Assembly: GCA_963826115.1 (NCBI GenBank)
Contig: CAWGVS010000005.1
Span: 800,001 to 864,000 of the forward strand
Direction of reading: 5' to 3'
DNA: 64,000 nucleotides
DNA from: an uncultured Candidatus Rokubacteria bacterium
Lineage (GTDB): Bacteria; Methylomirabilota; Methylomirabilia; Rokubacteriales; DASRDR01
Both the position numbers and the translations under genes were made by a program. Under the pieces are notes generated by a model that saw only the letters and a list, made by a program, of their open reading frames with translations, was not told where the DNA came from and made no database searches. Shown piece after piece: positions 49,839 through 60,782 of this stretch (position 1 is its first letter; every line of letters begins with the position of its first letter).

Positions 49839-49898
49839 TCCATCTTGCCGTGGACGGCCCCGCCGTCTCGGCCCGCACCAGGAGTGGCGATCCCAGCC

Positions 49899-50504
49899 AT
49901 GAGGACCTCCACAGAAACCCCGCGCCAGGCGGCGAAGCGTGGCCAGATCGTCGGCGCGGCGTCGCGGGTCTTTTCCGCGCGTCCGTATCACGTCGTTTGC
50001 ATGGACGACGTCGCGGAGGCGGCCCGCGTCGGCAAGGGTACCCTCTACCGCTACTTCCCCTCCAAGGAGGATCTCTACCTGGGCGTGGTAGCGGAGGCGT
50101 TCGACCTCCTGATCCGCCGGCTCGAGCGCGTCGAGGCCGAGGACCTTCCGGCAGCCATCGCGCTGTCGCGGATGATCGAGGCGATCGTCGAGACCTTCGC
50201 GCGCCACCTGCCCTTCTTCCGTCTCATGCAGCAGGGCGAGGCGCGCCTGTTCCTCCGCAAGAAGCAGGTCGTGCGGGCCCGTCGCGACCGCATCGCCGAC
50301 GGCCTGGCGCGGCTGCTCGATCGCGGCGCCCAGACGGGGGTCTTCCGCAAGGTCGACCGCGACCTCGCCCCCTCCATGCTGATCGGCCTGGTGTGGGGCA
50401 CCGTGCTGAACCACGCCGACGATACGCCGGCCGAGGTCCTGGCCCAGCGGGTGGCCGACCTCTGCCTCCACGGCATCCTGCAGTCAGCCACGGAGCCCGC
50501 CTGA
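49899..50504 (+). CDS. TetR/AcrR family regulator
   Basis: MDDVAEAARVGKGTLYRYFPSKEDL. Confidence 0.93.
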   Translation: MRTSTETPRQAAKRGQIVGAASRVFSARPYHVVCMDDVAEAARVGKGTLYRYFPSKEDLYLGVVAEAFDLLIRRLERVEAEDLPAAIALSRMIEAIVETFARHLPFFRLMQQGEARLFLRKKQVVRARRDRIADGLARLLDRGAQTGVFRKVDRDLAPSMLIGLVWGTVLNHADDTPAEVLAQRVADLCLHGILQSATEPA

Positions 50505-51808
50505 TGGCCTTCGTCCGCCGCTACCGCGTCTCGCTGGTCCTGGTCGTGCTCTTCGGCATCGTCGCGGCCCTGGTCATCGGTCGCCTCCGCGACCAGCAGG
50601 CCCGGGCCGTGCCGCGCCAAAACCGGGAGATCCAGGTTGGCGTCATCAAGCCCGACCGGCGCGCGCTCGACGTGACCCTTTCCTTCACCGGGGACGTCCT
50701 GCCGAATCGCCAGACGCCCATCTTCGCGAAGACGTCGGGCTACATCCGGGCGATCCACGCGGAGCGCGGGCAGTTCGTGAAGGCCGGGGCCCTCCTCGTC
50801 GAGATCGAGCCGACCGAGATGGAGAATGCCCTCGATCAGTCCCGCGCCGCCCTGGCGAGCGCGCAGGCGACCTATCAGGTGTCGCGGTCGAACCTCGAGT
50901 CGGCCAAGGCCAATCTCCTGAACCAGCAGGCGCTCCTGGCCAAGGCCCAGGCGGTCCTCGCGAACGACAAGCGGCAGTCCGAGCGGATGACCGAGCTCTT
51001 CACCAAGGGCCTGGTTGCCGCCCAGGACCGTGACAACGCCCGCACGACGTACGAGGCGTCCCAGGCGGCGGTGAGCGCCCAGGAGGCCCAGGTCGAGGCC
51101 GCCCGCGTGCAGATCGCCACCACCGAGAGCCAGGTCCGTCTGGCCGAGGCGCAGATCGAGCAGCAGCGCTCCGCCCAGCGGATGGCGCAGATGCACCTCG
51201 ACGACACGCGCATCGTCGCCCCCTTCAGCGGGTACATCTCCCAGCGAAACCTCGAGGCGGGGGCCGCGGTGAGCAACCAGGCCGCGGCGACCAGCAACGC
51301 GTCGATCGGCATCCTGGTGCTCCAGGAGATCAATCCCGTGAAGGTGCAGCTCGAGGTGCCTGAGCGGGACGTGGCACGAGTCGGTGTCGGCAACGTCGTG
51401 CGCCTTACGAGTGATGCCTATCCAGGCCGGCAGTTCTCGGGGAAGGTCGCGCGCGTGGTCCATGCCCTGGACCCGCGCACCCGCACGATGGGCCTGGAGG
51501 TGGACATCCCCAACCCGGACGACCTTCTGAAGCCCGGCATGTACGCGCGGGTCGATCTGCTCCTCGAGGTCAGGAAGGACGCCCTGATGGTGCCGCTCGA
51601 GGCTCTCACCGGCGCCGAGGGCCGGCCCTCGGTGCTGATCGTCCGGGAGGGCAAGGTCGCCTCGGCGCCGGTGGAGCTCGGCCCGACGGACGGGCCGACG
51701 GTCCAGGTCACCAAGGGGCTCGGGCCGGACACCGACGTCATCCTGCAGGGCAAGGACCTCGTGCGCGACGGCATGGCCGTCCGCGCCGTTCCCGCGAAGT
51801 CCTACTGA
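50504..51808 (+). CDS. RND efflux periplasmic adaptor subunit
   Basis: TM anchor, lipoyl half-motifs (AKTSGYI...GQFVKAG; IVAPFSGYI), long alpha-hairpin, LDPRTRT, LKPGMY. Confidence 0.92.
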   Translation: MAFVRRYRVSLVLVVLFGIVAALVIGRLRDQQARAVPRQNREIQVGVIKPDRRALDVTLSFTGDVLPNRQTPIFAKTSGYIRAIHAERGQFVKAGALLVEIEPTEMENALDQSRAALASAQATYQVSRSNLESAKANLLNQQALLAKAQAVLANDKRQSERMTELFTKGLVAAQDRDNARTTYEASQAAVSAQEAQVEAARVQIATTESQVRLAEAQIEQQRSAQRMAQMHLDDTRIVAPFSGYISQRNLEAGAAVSNQAAATSNASIGILVLQEINPVKVQLEVPERDVARVGVGNVVRLTSDAYPGRQFSGKVARVVHALDPRTRTMGLEVDIPNPDDLLKPGMYARVDLLLEVRKDALMVPLEALTGAEGRPSVLIVREGKVASAPVELGPTDGPTVQVTKGLGPDTDVILQGKDLVRDGMAVRAVPAKSY

Positions 51809-51823
51809 GGCGGCGTCCCGCTC

Positions 51824-54800
51824 ATGTGGCTGACCCTCGTCGCGGTTCGGAACGCCATCGCGGTCCTGATGGCGGCGCTCGCCATCGTGGTCCTCGGCGG
51901 GACCTCCCTGAAGCGGCTGTCGGTGGACCTCTTTCCGAACATCAACCAGCCGGTGATCACCGTCGGAACCGTCTACACGGGCGCCAACGTCCAGGACATC
52001 GAGAAGACGGTCACCTACCCCGTCGAGAAGGTCGTGAGCGCCGTGCCAGGCGTTCACCACGTGGAGTCCCGCAGCCGGCAGGGCATCTCGGTCGTTCAGG
52101 CCTGGTTCAACTACGACGCGGACCTGAACGCCGGGCAGAACGACATCATCCAGCGCATCCAGCAGATCAGTAACAGCCTGCCCTCGGGCATCAAGCAGCC
52201 GTTCATCATCCGGGCCGACCTCTCCAACATCCCGGTGTGCCTCCTGACGGTCTCCGGCGGGGGCTTCGACGAGCGGCAGCTCTACGACATCGCGTACAAC
52301 ACGATCGAGCCGCAGATCGAGCGCATCAACGGCGTGGCCGCGGCCAACGTGGACGGGGGGAAGATCCGCCAGATCGCGGTGAACCTCAACCGCGACCTCC
52401 TGTACGCCAAGGGCATCTCGGTGCTCGACGTCGTCCGCTCCGTGAACGACTCGAACTTCCTGATGCCGTCCGGCGACATCAAGATCGGCAGCATCGACTA
52501 CAACATGTTCACCAACAACCAGTTCCAGCTGGTCAAGCCGATGGAGGACATCGTCGTCCGGAAGGTCGGCGACGTTCCCGTCCGGGTGCGGGACCTGGGC
52601 TACGTCCAGGACTCCTCCGAGCAGCAGACCAGTGTGGTCCGCGTGGACGGCGAGCGCGCGGTGTACCTGCGCGTCAACAAGCAGCCGTCGGCCAACACCA
52701 TCGAGGTCGTGGACGGCGTGCGAGCGCTGCTGTCCAGGCTCGACCGCGTGCCGCCGGGCGTGAAGGTCGGCCTGATCTTCGACCAGTCGACCTACATCCG
52801 GCAGTCGATCGAGAGCCTCTGGCACGAGTCGATCCAGGGGGCCGCGCTCGCCTTCCTGGTCATCCTGATCTTCCTGCGGAGCGTGGTCTCGACCCTGATC
52901 ATCTCGGTCGCGATTCCCCTGTCGATCATGTGCACGCTGATCGCGATGTACTTCCTGGGCCAGACGCTGAACATCTTCACCCTCGGCGGGCTGGCCCTCG
53001 CGGTGGGACGCCTGGTCGACGACTCCATCGTCGAGCTCGAGAACATCAACCGCCACCTCGGCATGCCGGGCAAGGATCGCAAGGCGGCCGTCCTCGACGC
53101 CGCCCGCGAGGTGGCCATGCCTATCTTCGTGTCGACCATCACAACCATCGTCGTGTTCCTGCCGACGGTCTTCCTGGAGGGACAGGCCAAGCTCCTGTTC
53201 ATCCCGCTGACCTTCACGATCTCCTTCTCGCTCTTCTCGTCGTTCCTGGTCTCGCGGACCGTGACGCCCCTCATGTGCCTCCGCCTGCTGAAGCCCGTGG
53301 CGACCAGCGACGGCCGCGGCTTGCGCGGCCGGTTCATGACCTGGAGCCAGTCGCTCTTCGACGGCCTGGACAGCGCGTACCAGGACACCCTCCGCTGGGC
53401 GCTCGGCCACCGGAAGGCGGTTGTGCTCGGCGTACTCGGGGTGTTCCTGGCGAGCCTCGCGCTGATCCCGCTGATCGGCTCCGAGTTCTTTCCGATGTCC
53501 GACGAGAGCCAGTTCCGGATCACGCTCCGCGGACCCCTCGGCACGCGCGTCGAGGAGACCGAGAAGATGGTCGCGCGGATCGAGGCCCTCATCCGGCAGA
53601 ATCTGCAGCCGGGCGAGCTGAAGTCCATCGTGTCCAGTGTGGGCATTCCCGGCGGGCGCTCCGCCCTGTTCACCGGAAACACCGGACCGCACGCGGCCCA
53701 GGTCCAGGTCTACCTGGACACGCCCGACCGGCGGAAGCGAAGCGACGTCCAGATCGTCAACGCGATCCGCCCGCGGTTCGCCGGCGAGTTCCCCGGGTCG
53801 CTCACCTTCTTCAACCTCGGAGGCATCATCAGTCGGGTGCTGAACCGCGGGTCGCAGAACCCGCTCGAGGTGGAGGTCCTCGGCTACGACTTGGACGACG
53901 CCCCGGGGGTGGCCCGCGCGGTGGCCCAGGTCATGCGCGACACGCCCGGTGTTGCCGACGTCCAGGTGAGCCGAGAGGGCAACTACCCCCAGTTCAGCGT
54001 CGTGGTGGACCGTGAGAAGGCTGCGACGGCGGGACTGTCGCAGCGCGACGTCGCGCAGGCGGCGCTCTTCTCCCTGAACTCGAACGTGAGCGTCAACCCG
54101 TCGATCTTCACCGATCCGCGCAGCGGCAACCAGTACAACATCGTCGTCCAGCTCGACGAGCCGTTCCGGGTCCGGCCGGAGGACCTGGGAAAGATCTTCG
54201 TCACTGCCCCGGCCGGGCGACCGATCATGCTCTCGACCATCGCCGACATCCGACGCAGCGTCTCCCCCGTGGAGATCGAGCGGAAGTACCAGCAGCGGCT
54301 GATCCGGGTGTCCGGCAACCCGGCGGGGCGCGATCTGGGGGCGATCTCCGACGACATCGAGCGGCGGCTGGGGACGATCCAGATGCCGTCGGGCTTCTCG
54401 GTCCAGATGGGAGGCCAGACGGCCCAGCAGCGGGAAGCGTTCTCGAGCCTGGCGTTCATGAGTATCTTGGCCCTGATGCTCGTCTACATGGTGATGGCCT
54501 CCCAGTTCCGCTCGCTCAAGGACCCCTTCATCATCATGTTTTCGGTGCCCATGGGGCTGATCGGCGTCATCCTGGCCCTGTTCCTGACGGGGACCACCCT
54601 CTCGACCACGTCGTTCATGGGCATCATCATGATGGTGGGGATCGTGGTCTCGAACGGCGTCCTCCTGGTGGAGTACACGAACGAGCTGAGGCGCCGCGGC
54701 ATGCCCCTCGGCGAGGCGGTCGTGCGCGCCGGGCGGACCCGTCTCCGCCCGATCCTGATGACGAGCCTGGCGACCGTGTTCGGCCTGCTGCCGATGGCGC

Positions 54801-54967
54801 TCGGCTGGCTCGTCGGCGGCGAGGCCAACGCCCCGCTGGCCCGGGCCGTCATCGGGGGCCTCATGGTCTCCACCGGGCTCACCCTGATCCTGATCCCGAC
54901 CCTCTACACGATCCTCGAGGAGCGCTTCCCGCGGCACATGGCGCTCGAAGAGGAGGGCGCGGCCTGA
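51824..54967 (+). CDS. RND efflux transporter permease (AcrB/MdtB-like)
   Basis: LSVDLFP, AVGRLVDDSIVELENI, STITTIVVFLP, RLRPILMT, PLARAVIGG. Confidence 0.95.
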   Translation: MWLTLVAVRNAIAVLMAALAIVVLGGTSLKRLSVDLFPNINQPVITVGTVYTGANVQDIEKTVTYPVEKVVSAVPGVHHVESRSRQGISVVQAWFNYDADLNAGQNDIIQRIQQISNSLPSGIKQPFIIRADLSNIPVCLLTVSGGGFDERQLYDIAYNTIEPQIERINGVAAANVDGGKIRQIAVNLNRDLLYAKGISVLDVVRSVNDSNFLMPSGDIKIGSIDYNMFTNNQFQLVKPMEDIVVRKVGDVPVRVRDLGYVQDSSEQQTSVVRVDGERAVYLRVNKQPSANTIEVVDGVRALLSRLDRVPPGVKVGLIFDQSTYIRQSIESLWHESIQGAALAFLVILIFLRSVVSTLIISVAIPLSIMCTLIAMYFLGQTLNIFTLGGLALAVGRLVDDSIVELENINRHLGMPGKDRKAAVLDAAREVAMPIFVSTITTIVVFLPTVFLEGQAKLLFIPLTFTISFSLFSSFLVSRTVTPLMCLRLLKPVATSDGRGLRGRFMTWSQSLFDGLDSAYQDTLRWALGHRKAVVLGVLGVFLASLALIPLIGSEFFPMSDESQFRITLRGPLGTRVEETEKMVARIEALIRQNLQPGELKSIVSSVGIPGGRSALFTGNTGPHAAQVQVYLDTPDRRKRSDVQIVNAIRPRFAGEFPGSLTFFNLGGIISRVLNRGSQNPLEVEVLGYDLDDAPGVARAVAQVMRDTPGVADVQVSREGNYPQFSVVVDREKAATAGLSQRDVAQAALFSLNSNVSVNPSIFTDPRSGNQYNIVVQLDEPFRVRPEDLGKIFVTAPAGRPIMLSTIADIRRSVSPVEIERKYQQRLIRVSGNPAGRDLGAISDDIERRLGTIQMPSGFSVQMGGQTAQQREAFSSLAFMSILALMLVYMVMASQFRSLKDPFIIMFSVPMGLIGVILALFLTGTTLSTTSFMGIIMMVGIVVSNGVLLVEYTNELRRRGMPLGEAVVRAGRTRLRPILMTSLATVFGLLPMALGWLVGGEANAPLARAVIGGLMVSTGLTLILIPTLYTILEERFPRHMALEEEGAA

Positions 54968-55008
54968 TGCGGCCGACCGCGCCCCTCGACAAGGGAGACT
55001 CCTCACCG

Positions 55009-56421
55009 ATGCGCACCCGACCCCGCCGGCCCGTGCCGGGCCCCGCCCTCGCGCTGACGCTCGGCCTGCTCGTCACCTCCCCCGCCTGGTCGCAGACGGG
55101 GACGCCCGCGCCCCCCCCGGGCGGGACTCCCGCCGCACAGCCCGCGGCGCCCGCGCCGTCGACGATGCCCGCCCGGACGGGCCCGGGGGGCACGCCGCTG
55201 AAGCTCAACCTCGCGGAGGCCACGGCCCTCGCGCTCCGGCAGCAGCCGACGATCCGCTCCGCCCAGGGGTCGCTCACCGCGGCGCAGGCCCGGGTCCCGC
55301 AGGCGCGGTCGGCCTACTTCCCGCGCATCGACCTCCAGGTGGGCGCCCAGACGAGCGAGGTGAAGAACACCACCACGGACAAGCGGACGCGGAGCGAGGG
55401 CACGTTCGCGAACATACTCGGACGGCAGCTGATCTACGACTTCGGGAAGACGGCGGCCCTCGTGAACGAGGCCCAGGCCGGGAGCCGCGTCGCCTCGGGC
55501 GAGCTCGAGCGCATCCGCGACCTGGTCGTCCAGAACGTCCGCCAGTCGTACTTCAACCTCCTCCAGGCCCGGCGCCTGGTCGGAGTCGCGGACGCGGCGC
55601 TGTCGCGCTCGGAGTTGAACCTGCGGAGCGCGCAGGGCTTCTTCGACGTCGGGACGAAGCCGAAGTCGGACGTGACGCGCGCCGAGGTCGAGGTGGCGAA
55701 CGCCCGTGTCGACGTGATCCGGGCCCGGAACCTCGTCCGGTTCACCGAGACGAGCCTCGCCAACGCCCTCGGCCTCGAGGCCACCGTGCCGATCGAGATC
55801 GAGGACACGCTCACCTACGAGCCCGTGTCCCTCGATTCCAGCCAGCTCCTGGCGGAAGCGCTGGGGAACCGGCCGGAGCTCCGCCAGAGCCAGGCCCGCC
55901 TCGACGGCGCCCGCGCCCAGCTGTCGGGCGCGCGGGCCCGGTACCTCCCGGACATCGTCGTGAACGGCAGCGCGGGCATGTCGAGCGACGACGCGGTCGT
56001 GTCGACCGACGGCTTCGGAACGCTTTCGTTCGGGGACACGTGGGCGATCGCCGGGGTGCTCTCGTGGAACCTCTTCGAGGGGTTCTTCACCCAGGCCAAG
56101 GTCAAGGAGACGCAGGCCCTCGTCGAGACCGCGCGGGCCGACTACGAGACGGTCGAACTCCAGGTCCGGCTCGAGGTCGAGCAAGCCTACATCGCGGTGA
56201 TCGAGGCCAGCGAGCGATACGGGGCGACCGAGAAGGCCGTCGAGTCCGCGCGGGAGAACCTCCGGCTCGCCCAGGGCCGGTACGACGCGGGGGTCGGGAC
56301 CATCCTCGACCTGACCGAGGCCCAGCTCTCGCTGACGAACGCCGAGGCCGACAGCGTCCGTGCGGTCACGGACTACCGGGTCGGCCTCGCGGTCCTCGAC
56401 CGGGTGGTCGGCCGCCCGTAG
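55009..56421 (+). CDS. TolC family outer-membrane efflux protein
   Basis: Signal peptide, two OEP repeats (IYDFGK; WNLFEG; ARENLRLAQGRYDAGVGT); alternative start 54967. Confidence 0.92.
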   Translation: MRTRPRRPVPGPALALTLGLLVTSPAWSQTGTPAPPPGGTPAAQPAAPAPSTMPARTGPGGTPLKLNLAEATALALRQQPTIRSAQGSLTAAQARVPQARSAYFPRIDLQVGAQTSEVKNTTTDKRTRSEGTFANILGRQLIYDFGKTAALVNEAQAGSRVASGELERIRDLVVQNVRQSYFNLLQARRLVGVADAALSRSELNLRSAQGFFDVGTKPKSDVTRAEVEVANARVDVIRARNLVRFTETSLANALGLEATVPIEIEDTLTYEPVSLDSSQLLAEALGNRPELRQSQARLDGARAQLSGARARYLPDIVVNGSAGMSSDDAVVSTDGFGTLSFGDTWAIAGVLSWNLFEGFFTQAKVKETQALVETARADYETVELQVRLEVEQAYIAVIEASERYGATEKAVESARENLRLAQGRYDAGVGTILDLTEAQLSLTNAEADSVRAVTDYRVGLAVLDRVVGRP

Positions 56422-56494
56422 GGGCATCCCGCCGGCGAACACCTCCCTGCCCGCGTCCGTCGAAGCTCTCGTGGGGAAGGGAGCCGGTGCGACA

Positions 56495-58375
56495 ATGAAG
56501 GCCATGAGGCGGCGAACCGCGGTCGTGCTGGCCGTCGTCGGGGTGGCGGCGGCCCTGGCCACAGCGGGTTACGTCTATTCCACGAGCCGCACGCCGGCGA
56601 CCCGCTTCCGGACGGCCCCGGTGGACCGGGGCACGGTCGTCGCCACCGTCTCGGCCACCGGCGCGCTGAACGCCGTCACCACCGTCCAGGTCGGGAGCCA
56701 GGTCTCGGGCCAGATCCGCGAGGTCCTGGTCGACTTCAACACCCCGGTCCGTCGCGGTCAGCTGATCGCGCGGATCGAGACCGACGTCTTCCAGGCCAAG
56801 GTCAACGCCGCCACCGCCGACCTCGAGAGCGCGCAGGCCCAGGTCCTCAACCAGCGCGCCAACGTCGAGAAGGTGCGGGCCGACGTCGAGAACGCCCGGG
56901 CCGCCGTCGCCACCGCGGAGGCCAACGTCGAGCGGATGCGGGCCGACGTCGAGAACGCCCGGGCGGTGATCGCTACCGGACAGGCCAACGTGACCCGAGA
57001 CGCGGCCACCGCGGCGAACGCCCGCCTCGAGCTCGACCGCCGGATCGACCTCGCCAAGCAGGACCTCATCTCGAAGAGCGAGCGCGACCAGGCGCAGACG
57101 GCCTTCGACACCGCCCAGGCCCAGCTCGAGGCGACCCGGGCCCAGGAGCGGGCCGGGCAGGCCGCGCTCCGGTCCGCCCAGGCGCAGCAGACGGCCGGCG
57201 AGTCGCAGGCGCGCGCAGCGAAGAGCCAGGTCTCCTCGGCCCAGGCCGCCTTCCAGGTGTCGGAGGCCCAGCTGAAGGCCGCGGAGGCGACCGTGCGGCA
57301 GAAGCAGGCCGCCGTCGAGCAGACGCGGCTCGACCTGGTCCACACCGAGATCCGCGCCCCGGTGGACGGGGTCGTCGTGTCGCGGGCCATCGACCCCGGG
57401 CAGACGGTGGCGGCAAGTCTCCAGGCGCCGACGCTCTTCACGATCGCCCAGGACCTCACGCAGATGCAGGTCGAGGCGGCGGTGGACGAGGCCGACGTCG
57501 GCCGGCTCCGCGAGGGCATGAGCGCCACGTTCACCGTCGACGCGTTCCCGGGCCGCTCCTTCCGGGGCGTGATCTCCCAGATCCGCAAGGCGGCCCAGGT
57601 GGTGCAGAACGTCGTGAGCTACACGACGGTGATCACCGTCCCCAATCCCGACCGCATCCTGCTCCCCGGCATGACGGCGAACGTGCGGGTGCAGGTCGAC
57701 CGGCGCGAGGACGCGCTGCGCGTCACCAACGCCGCCCTCCGTTTCCGGCCGCCCGCCGACGGCGCCGATGCGGGCGCCCAGTCGCGCCCGCGCGCAGGCG
57801 CCGACGACGCGAGCGGCCGGGCGGCGACCGGGGGCGCGAGCGCCCCGGCGGGAGGAGGCTCGGGCGGGTCGGGCCGCGGGCCCGGCGGCGCCGGCGGCCT
57901 CCGCGAGATGCGGGCCACGCTCGTGAAGGACCTCGCGCTCACCGCCGACCAGCAGACGAAGCTCGACGCGATCCTGGAGGAAGCCCGCCAGGCGTTCATG
58001 GCGGCCCGGAGCCAGGGTCAGGGCCAGGGCCAGGGCGGCGACGACCGGGCAGCGGGCGGCCAGCGGCGCCGCGCTCGAACCGAGATCCGGGAGAAGATTC
58101 GCGCCATCCTGACCCCCGAGCAGCAGAAGCGCTTCGACGCGATCATGACCGCCCAGGACGGTGCGGCGCCCGCGGCGGTCGCCACGCCGGCGCGCGTCTA
58201 CGTGCCGGGACCGGACGGGAAGCCGCAGGCCGTGACCATCATGATCGGGCTCTCGGACGGGACCTACTCGGAGGTCGTCTCGGGAGACCTCAAGGCTGGC
58301 CAGGACGTCTTCGTCGGCACGCCGGGCGCGCGCTCGACCGGCGGCCCGGGTAGCGGGCCGCGGCTCAGGCTCTGA
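56495..58375 (+). CDS. MacA/YknX-like ABC efflux adaptor with extended hairpin and Spy/CpxP-like insert
   Basis: [52 protein letters not shown]; alternative start 56504. Confidence 0.9.
   Translation: MKAMRRRTAVVLAVVGVAAALATAGYVYSTSRTPATRFRTAPVDRGTVVATVSATGALNAVTTVQVGSQVSGQIREVLVDFNTPVRRGQLIARIETDVFQAKVNAATADLESAQAQVLNQRANVEKVRADVENARAAVATAEANVERMRADVENARAVIATGQANVTRDAATAANARLELDRRIDLAKQDLISKSERDQAQTAFDTAQAQLEATRAQERAGQAALRSAQAQQTAGESQARAAKSQVSSAQAAFQVSEAQLKAAEATVRQKQAAVEQTRLDLVHTEIRAPVDGVVVSRAIDPGQTVAASLQAPTLFTIAQDLTQMQVEAAVDEADVGRLREGMSATFTVDAFPGRSFRGVISQIRKAAQVVQNVVSYTTVITVPNPDRILLPGMTANVRVQVDRREDALRVTNAALRFRPPADGADAGAQSRPRAGADDASGRAATGGASAPAGGGSGGSGRGPGGAGGLREMRATLVKDLALTADQQTKLDAILEEARQAFMAARSQGQGQGQGGDDRAAGGQRRRARTEIREKIRAILTPEQQKRFDAIMTAQDGAAPAAVATPARVYVPGPDGKPQAVTIMIGLSDGTYSEVVSGDLKAGQDVFVGTPGARSTGGPGSGPRLRL
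56858..56992 (+). repeat. 63-bp (21-codon) tandem duplication inside the adaptor gene
   Basis: GCCAACGT recurs at 56858, 56921 and 56984; [21 protein letters not shown] / [21 protein letters not shown]. Confidence 0.8.
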
Positions 58376-58376
58376 G

Positions 58377-59129
58377 GTGAGCACCACCGGCGGCCCGGTC
58401 CTCATCGAGGTTCGGGACCTCGTCAAGACGTATCACCTCGGCGAGCACGAGGTGCACGCGTTGCGGGGAGTGAACCTCGACATCACGGTCGGCGAGTTCG
58501 TCGCGGTGATGGGGCCGTCCGGCTCCGGCAAGTCGACGTTGATGAACCTCCTCGGCTGCCTCGACACGGCGACCAGCGGCGTCTACCGGCTCGATGGGGA
58601 CGACGTGTCGGAGCTCTCGCGGGACGCCCTGGCCGCGATCCGGAACCGGAAGCTCGGCTTCGTGTTCCAGACCTTCAACCTGCTGCCGCGGATGTCGGCG
58701 CTCGAGAACGTGGAGCTGCCGCTCCTCTACGGCGCGACCGTCGCGAAGGAGCGGCGCGAGCGGGCGCTGGCGCGGCTCCGCGACGTGGGGCTCGAGAACC
58801 GCGGCGGCCACCGACCGAGCCAGCTCTCCGGCGGCCAGCAGCAGCGGGTGGCGATCGCGCGGGCGCTCATCAACGAGCCGCGGCTGATCCTGGCCGACGA
58901 GCCCACGGGAAACCTCGACACGCGCACGAGCGTGGAGATCATGGCGATCCTCCAGCGCCTGAACCGGCGCGGCATCACGGTCGTGCTGGTGACCCACGAG
59001 GACGACATCGCCCGGTACGCCTCGCGCGTCGTGGCGTTCCGCGATGGGAAGCTCCGCACCGACACGCCGGTCGCCAGTCCCCTGGACGCCGAGGCGATCC
59101 TGCCGACGCTCACCGAGGAGGCGGCGTGA
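58377..59129 (+). CDS. MacB/LolD-type ABC ATP-binding protein
   Basis: [47 protein letters not shown]. Confidence 0.95.
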   Translation: MSTTGGPVLIEVRDLVKTYHLGEHEVHALRGVNLDITVGEFVAVMGPSGSGKSTLMNLLGCLDTATSGVYRLDGDDVSELSRDALAAIRNRKLGFVFQTFNLLPRMSALENVELPLLYGATVAKERRERALARLRDVGLENRGGHRPSQLSGGQQQRVAIARALINEPRLILADEPTGNLDTRTSVEIMAILQRLNRRGITVVLVTHEDDIARYASRVVAFRDGKLRTDTPVASPLDAEAILPTLTEEAA

Positions 59130-60358
59130 AGGCCTGGGCGGCGGTCCGGATGGCGCTCGCCTCCCTCCGGGTGAACAAGCTCCGCACCGCGCTCACGATG
59201 CTGGGCATCATCATCGGCGTCGCGGCGGTCATCGCGATGGTCTCGGTCGGCGCGGGCGCCCAGGAACGGATCGCCGAGCAGATCCGCTCCATGGGGTCGA
59301 ACCTCATCGTCGTCTTCCCGGGGGCCCAGACCTCGGGCGGCATCCGGTGGGGCCTCGGGAGCCAGCAGACGCTCACCGAGGAGGACGCCCGCGCCATCGC
59401 CGTCGAGGTGTCCGCAGCGGAAGTCTCCGCCCCGTCGGTGCGCGGGTCGGCGCAGACGATCTTCGGGAACCTCAACTGGTCCACGGTGATCCAGGGCGTG
59501 ACGCCCGACTACATCGAGGCCCGCGAGTGGGGCATCGTGAGCGGGCGGATGCTCGGCCCCCAGGACGTCGACGGCGCCGCCAAGGTGGCGGTGCTCGGTG
59601 ACACCGTCTGGCACAGTCTGTTCGGGGACAGCGACCCGATCGGCGAGACGATCCGGATCAAGAAGGTCCCCTTCACCGTCGTCGGCGTCCTCGACGCGAA
59701 GGGCCAGTCCGCGTTCGGCCAGGATCAGGACGACCTGATCCTGATCCCGCTCTCCACCGCCAAGAAGAAGGTGCTGGGCACCAACCGGTCGAACCCCCGC
59801 GCGGTGGGACAGATCTCCGTGCGGGTCCGGGACGCCAGCCTCATGGCCGAGGCCGAGGAGCAGATCCGGGGCCTCCTCCGTCAGCGCCACCGCTTGCAGC
59901 CCGGCCAGGACGACGACTTCCAGGTCCGCGTCCTTGCGGAGATGTTCGCGGCCCAGGAGGAATCGGCGCGGATCATGACCATGCTGCTGGCGGCGATCGC
60001 ATCAGTGTCGCTCCTGGTGGGCGGCATCGGCATCATGAACATCATGCTGGTGTCGGTGACCGAGCGGACGCGCGAGATCGGTCTCCGCATGGCCGTCGGC
60101 GCGCGGGGGCGCGACATCCTCGCCCAGTTCCTGGTGGAGGCCGTGACGCTCTCCGCGGTGGGCGGGGTGATGGGGGTCGGGGTCGGCGTCCTCGCGGCCG
60201 TGATCATCGCCAACTTCGCCGAGTGGTCGACGGACGTGTCGGCGCAGGCGGTGGGGCTCGCGTTCGCCTTCGCGGGAATCGTCGGGGTCTTCTTCGGGTT
60301 CTACCCGGCGCAGAAGGCGTCCCGGCTGGACCCGATCGAGGCCCTCCGCTACGAGTGA
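59126..60358 (+). CDS. MacB-type ABC permease
   Basis: [58 protein letters not shown]. Confidence 0.95.
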   Translation: MKAWAAVRMALASLRVNKLRTALTMLGIIIGVAAVIAMVSVGAGAQERIAEQIRSMGSNLIVVFPGAQTSGGIRWGLGSQQTLTEEDARAIAVEVSAAEVSAPSVRGSAQTIFGNLNWSTVIQGVTPDYIEAREWGIVSGRMLGPQDVDGAAKVAVLGDTVWHSLFGDSDPIGETIRIKKVPFTVVGVLDAKGQSAFGQDQDDLILIPLSTAKKKVLGTNRSNPRAVGQISVRVRDASLMAEAEEQIRGLLRQRHRLQPGQDDDFQVRVLAEMFAAQEESARIMTMLLAAIASVSLLVGGIGIMNIMLVSVTERTREIGLRMAVGARGRDILAQFLVEAVTLSAVGGVMGVGVGVLAAVIIANFAEWSTDVSAQAVGLAFAFAGIVGVFFGFYPAQKASRLDPIEALRYE

Positions 60359-60768
60359 GCTGCGCCGCGCGGCTTGAGCTCGATCCGGTAGCCGTCCGGG
60401 TCCTGGATGTAGAGCGAGCTCCCGTCCCCGAAGGCTCCGCGCCGCTGGACGACGTCCCCCTCGACCGTGATGCCCTGCTGGCGGAGCCATGCCGCCACAC
60501 GCCCGAGGTCCTCGCACCGGACGGACAGGCACACGTGGTCCATCCGGGCCGAGGGCTTCGCGGTCTCGCCGGGGGCGAGCGGCAGGAGGTCGATCAGGTG
60601 GCGCCCGGCCCGGAGCTGGACCAGCCGGGCGCCCTCGTTCACGTGGTCCAGGCCCAGACCCAGGACCGTGGTGTAGAACGCCTGGGACACGGCCTGGTCC
60701 CGGACCCGGAGGACCACGTGATCCAGCTCGAGCACCTCGAGGGGTGGACGATCCTGGGCCGACGCCAT
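60349..60768 (-). CDS. VOC/glyoxalase family protein
   Basis: LDHVVLRV, FYTTVLG, DHVCL, GAFG...SLYIQDPDGYRIEL. Confidence 0.88.
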   Translation of the reverse strand: MASAQDRPPLEVLELDHVVLRVRDQAVSQAFYTTVLGLGLDHVNEGARLVQLRAGRHLIDLLPLAPGETAKPSARMDHVCLSVRCEDLGRVAAWLRQQGITVEGDVVQRRGAFGDGSSLYIQDPDGYRIELKPRGAAHS

Positions 60769-60782
60769 GGCTGGAAACCTCT

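Noticed and set aside
50075-55006. 1643-aa antisense ORF, and similar long shadow ORFs (2084-4927, 18356-21751, 46273-49623, 33645-36266)
   Set aside because: They mirror genuine genes. GC-biased codon usage makes stops rare on the opposite strand, and the translations show no recognisable motifs.
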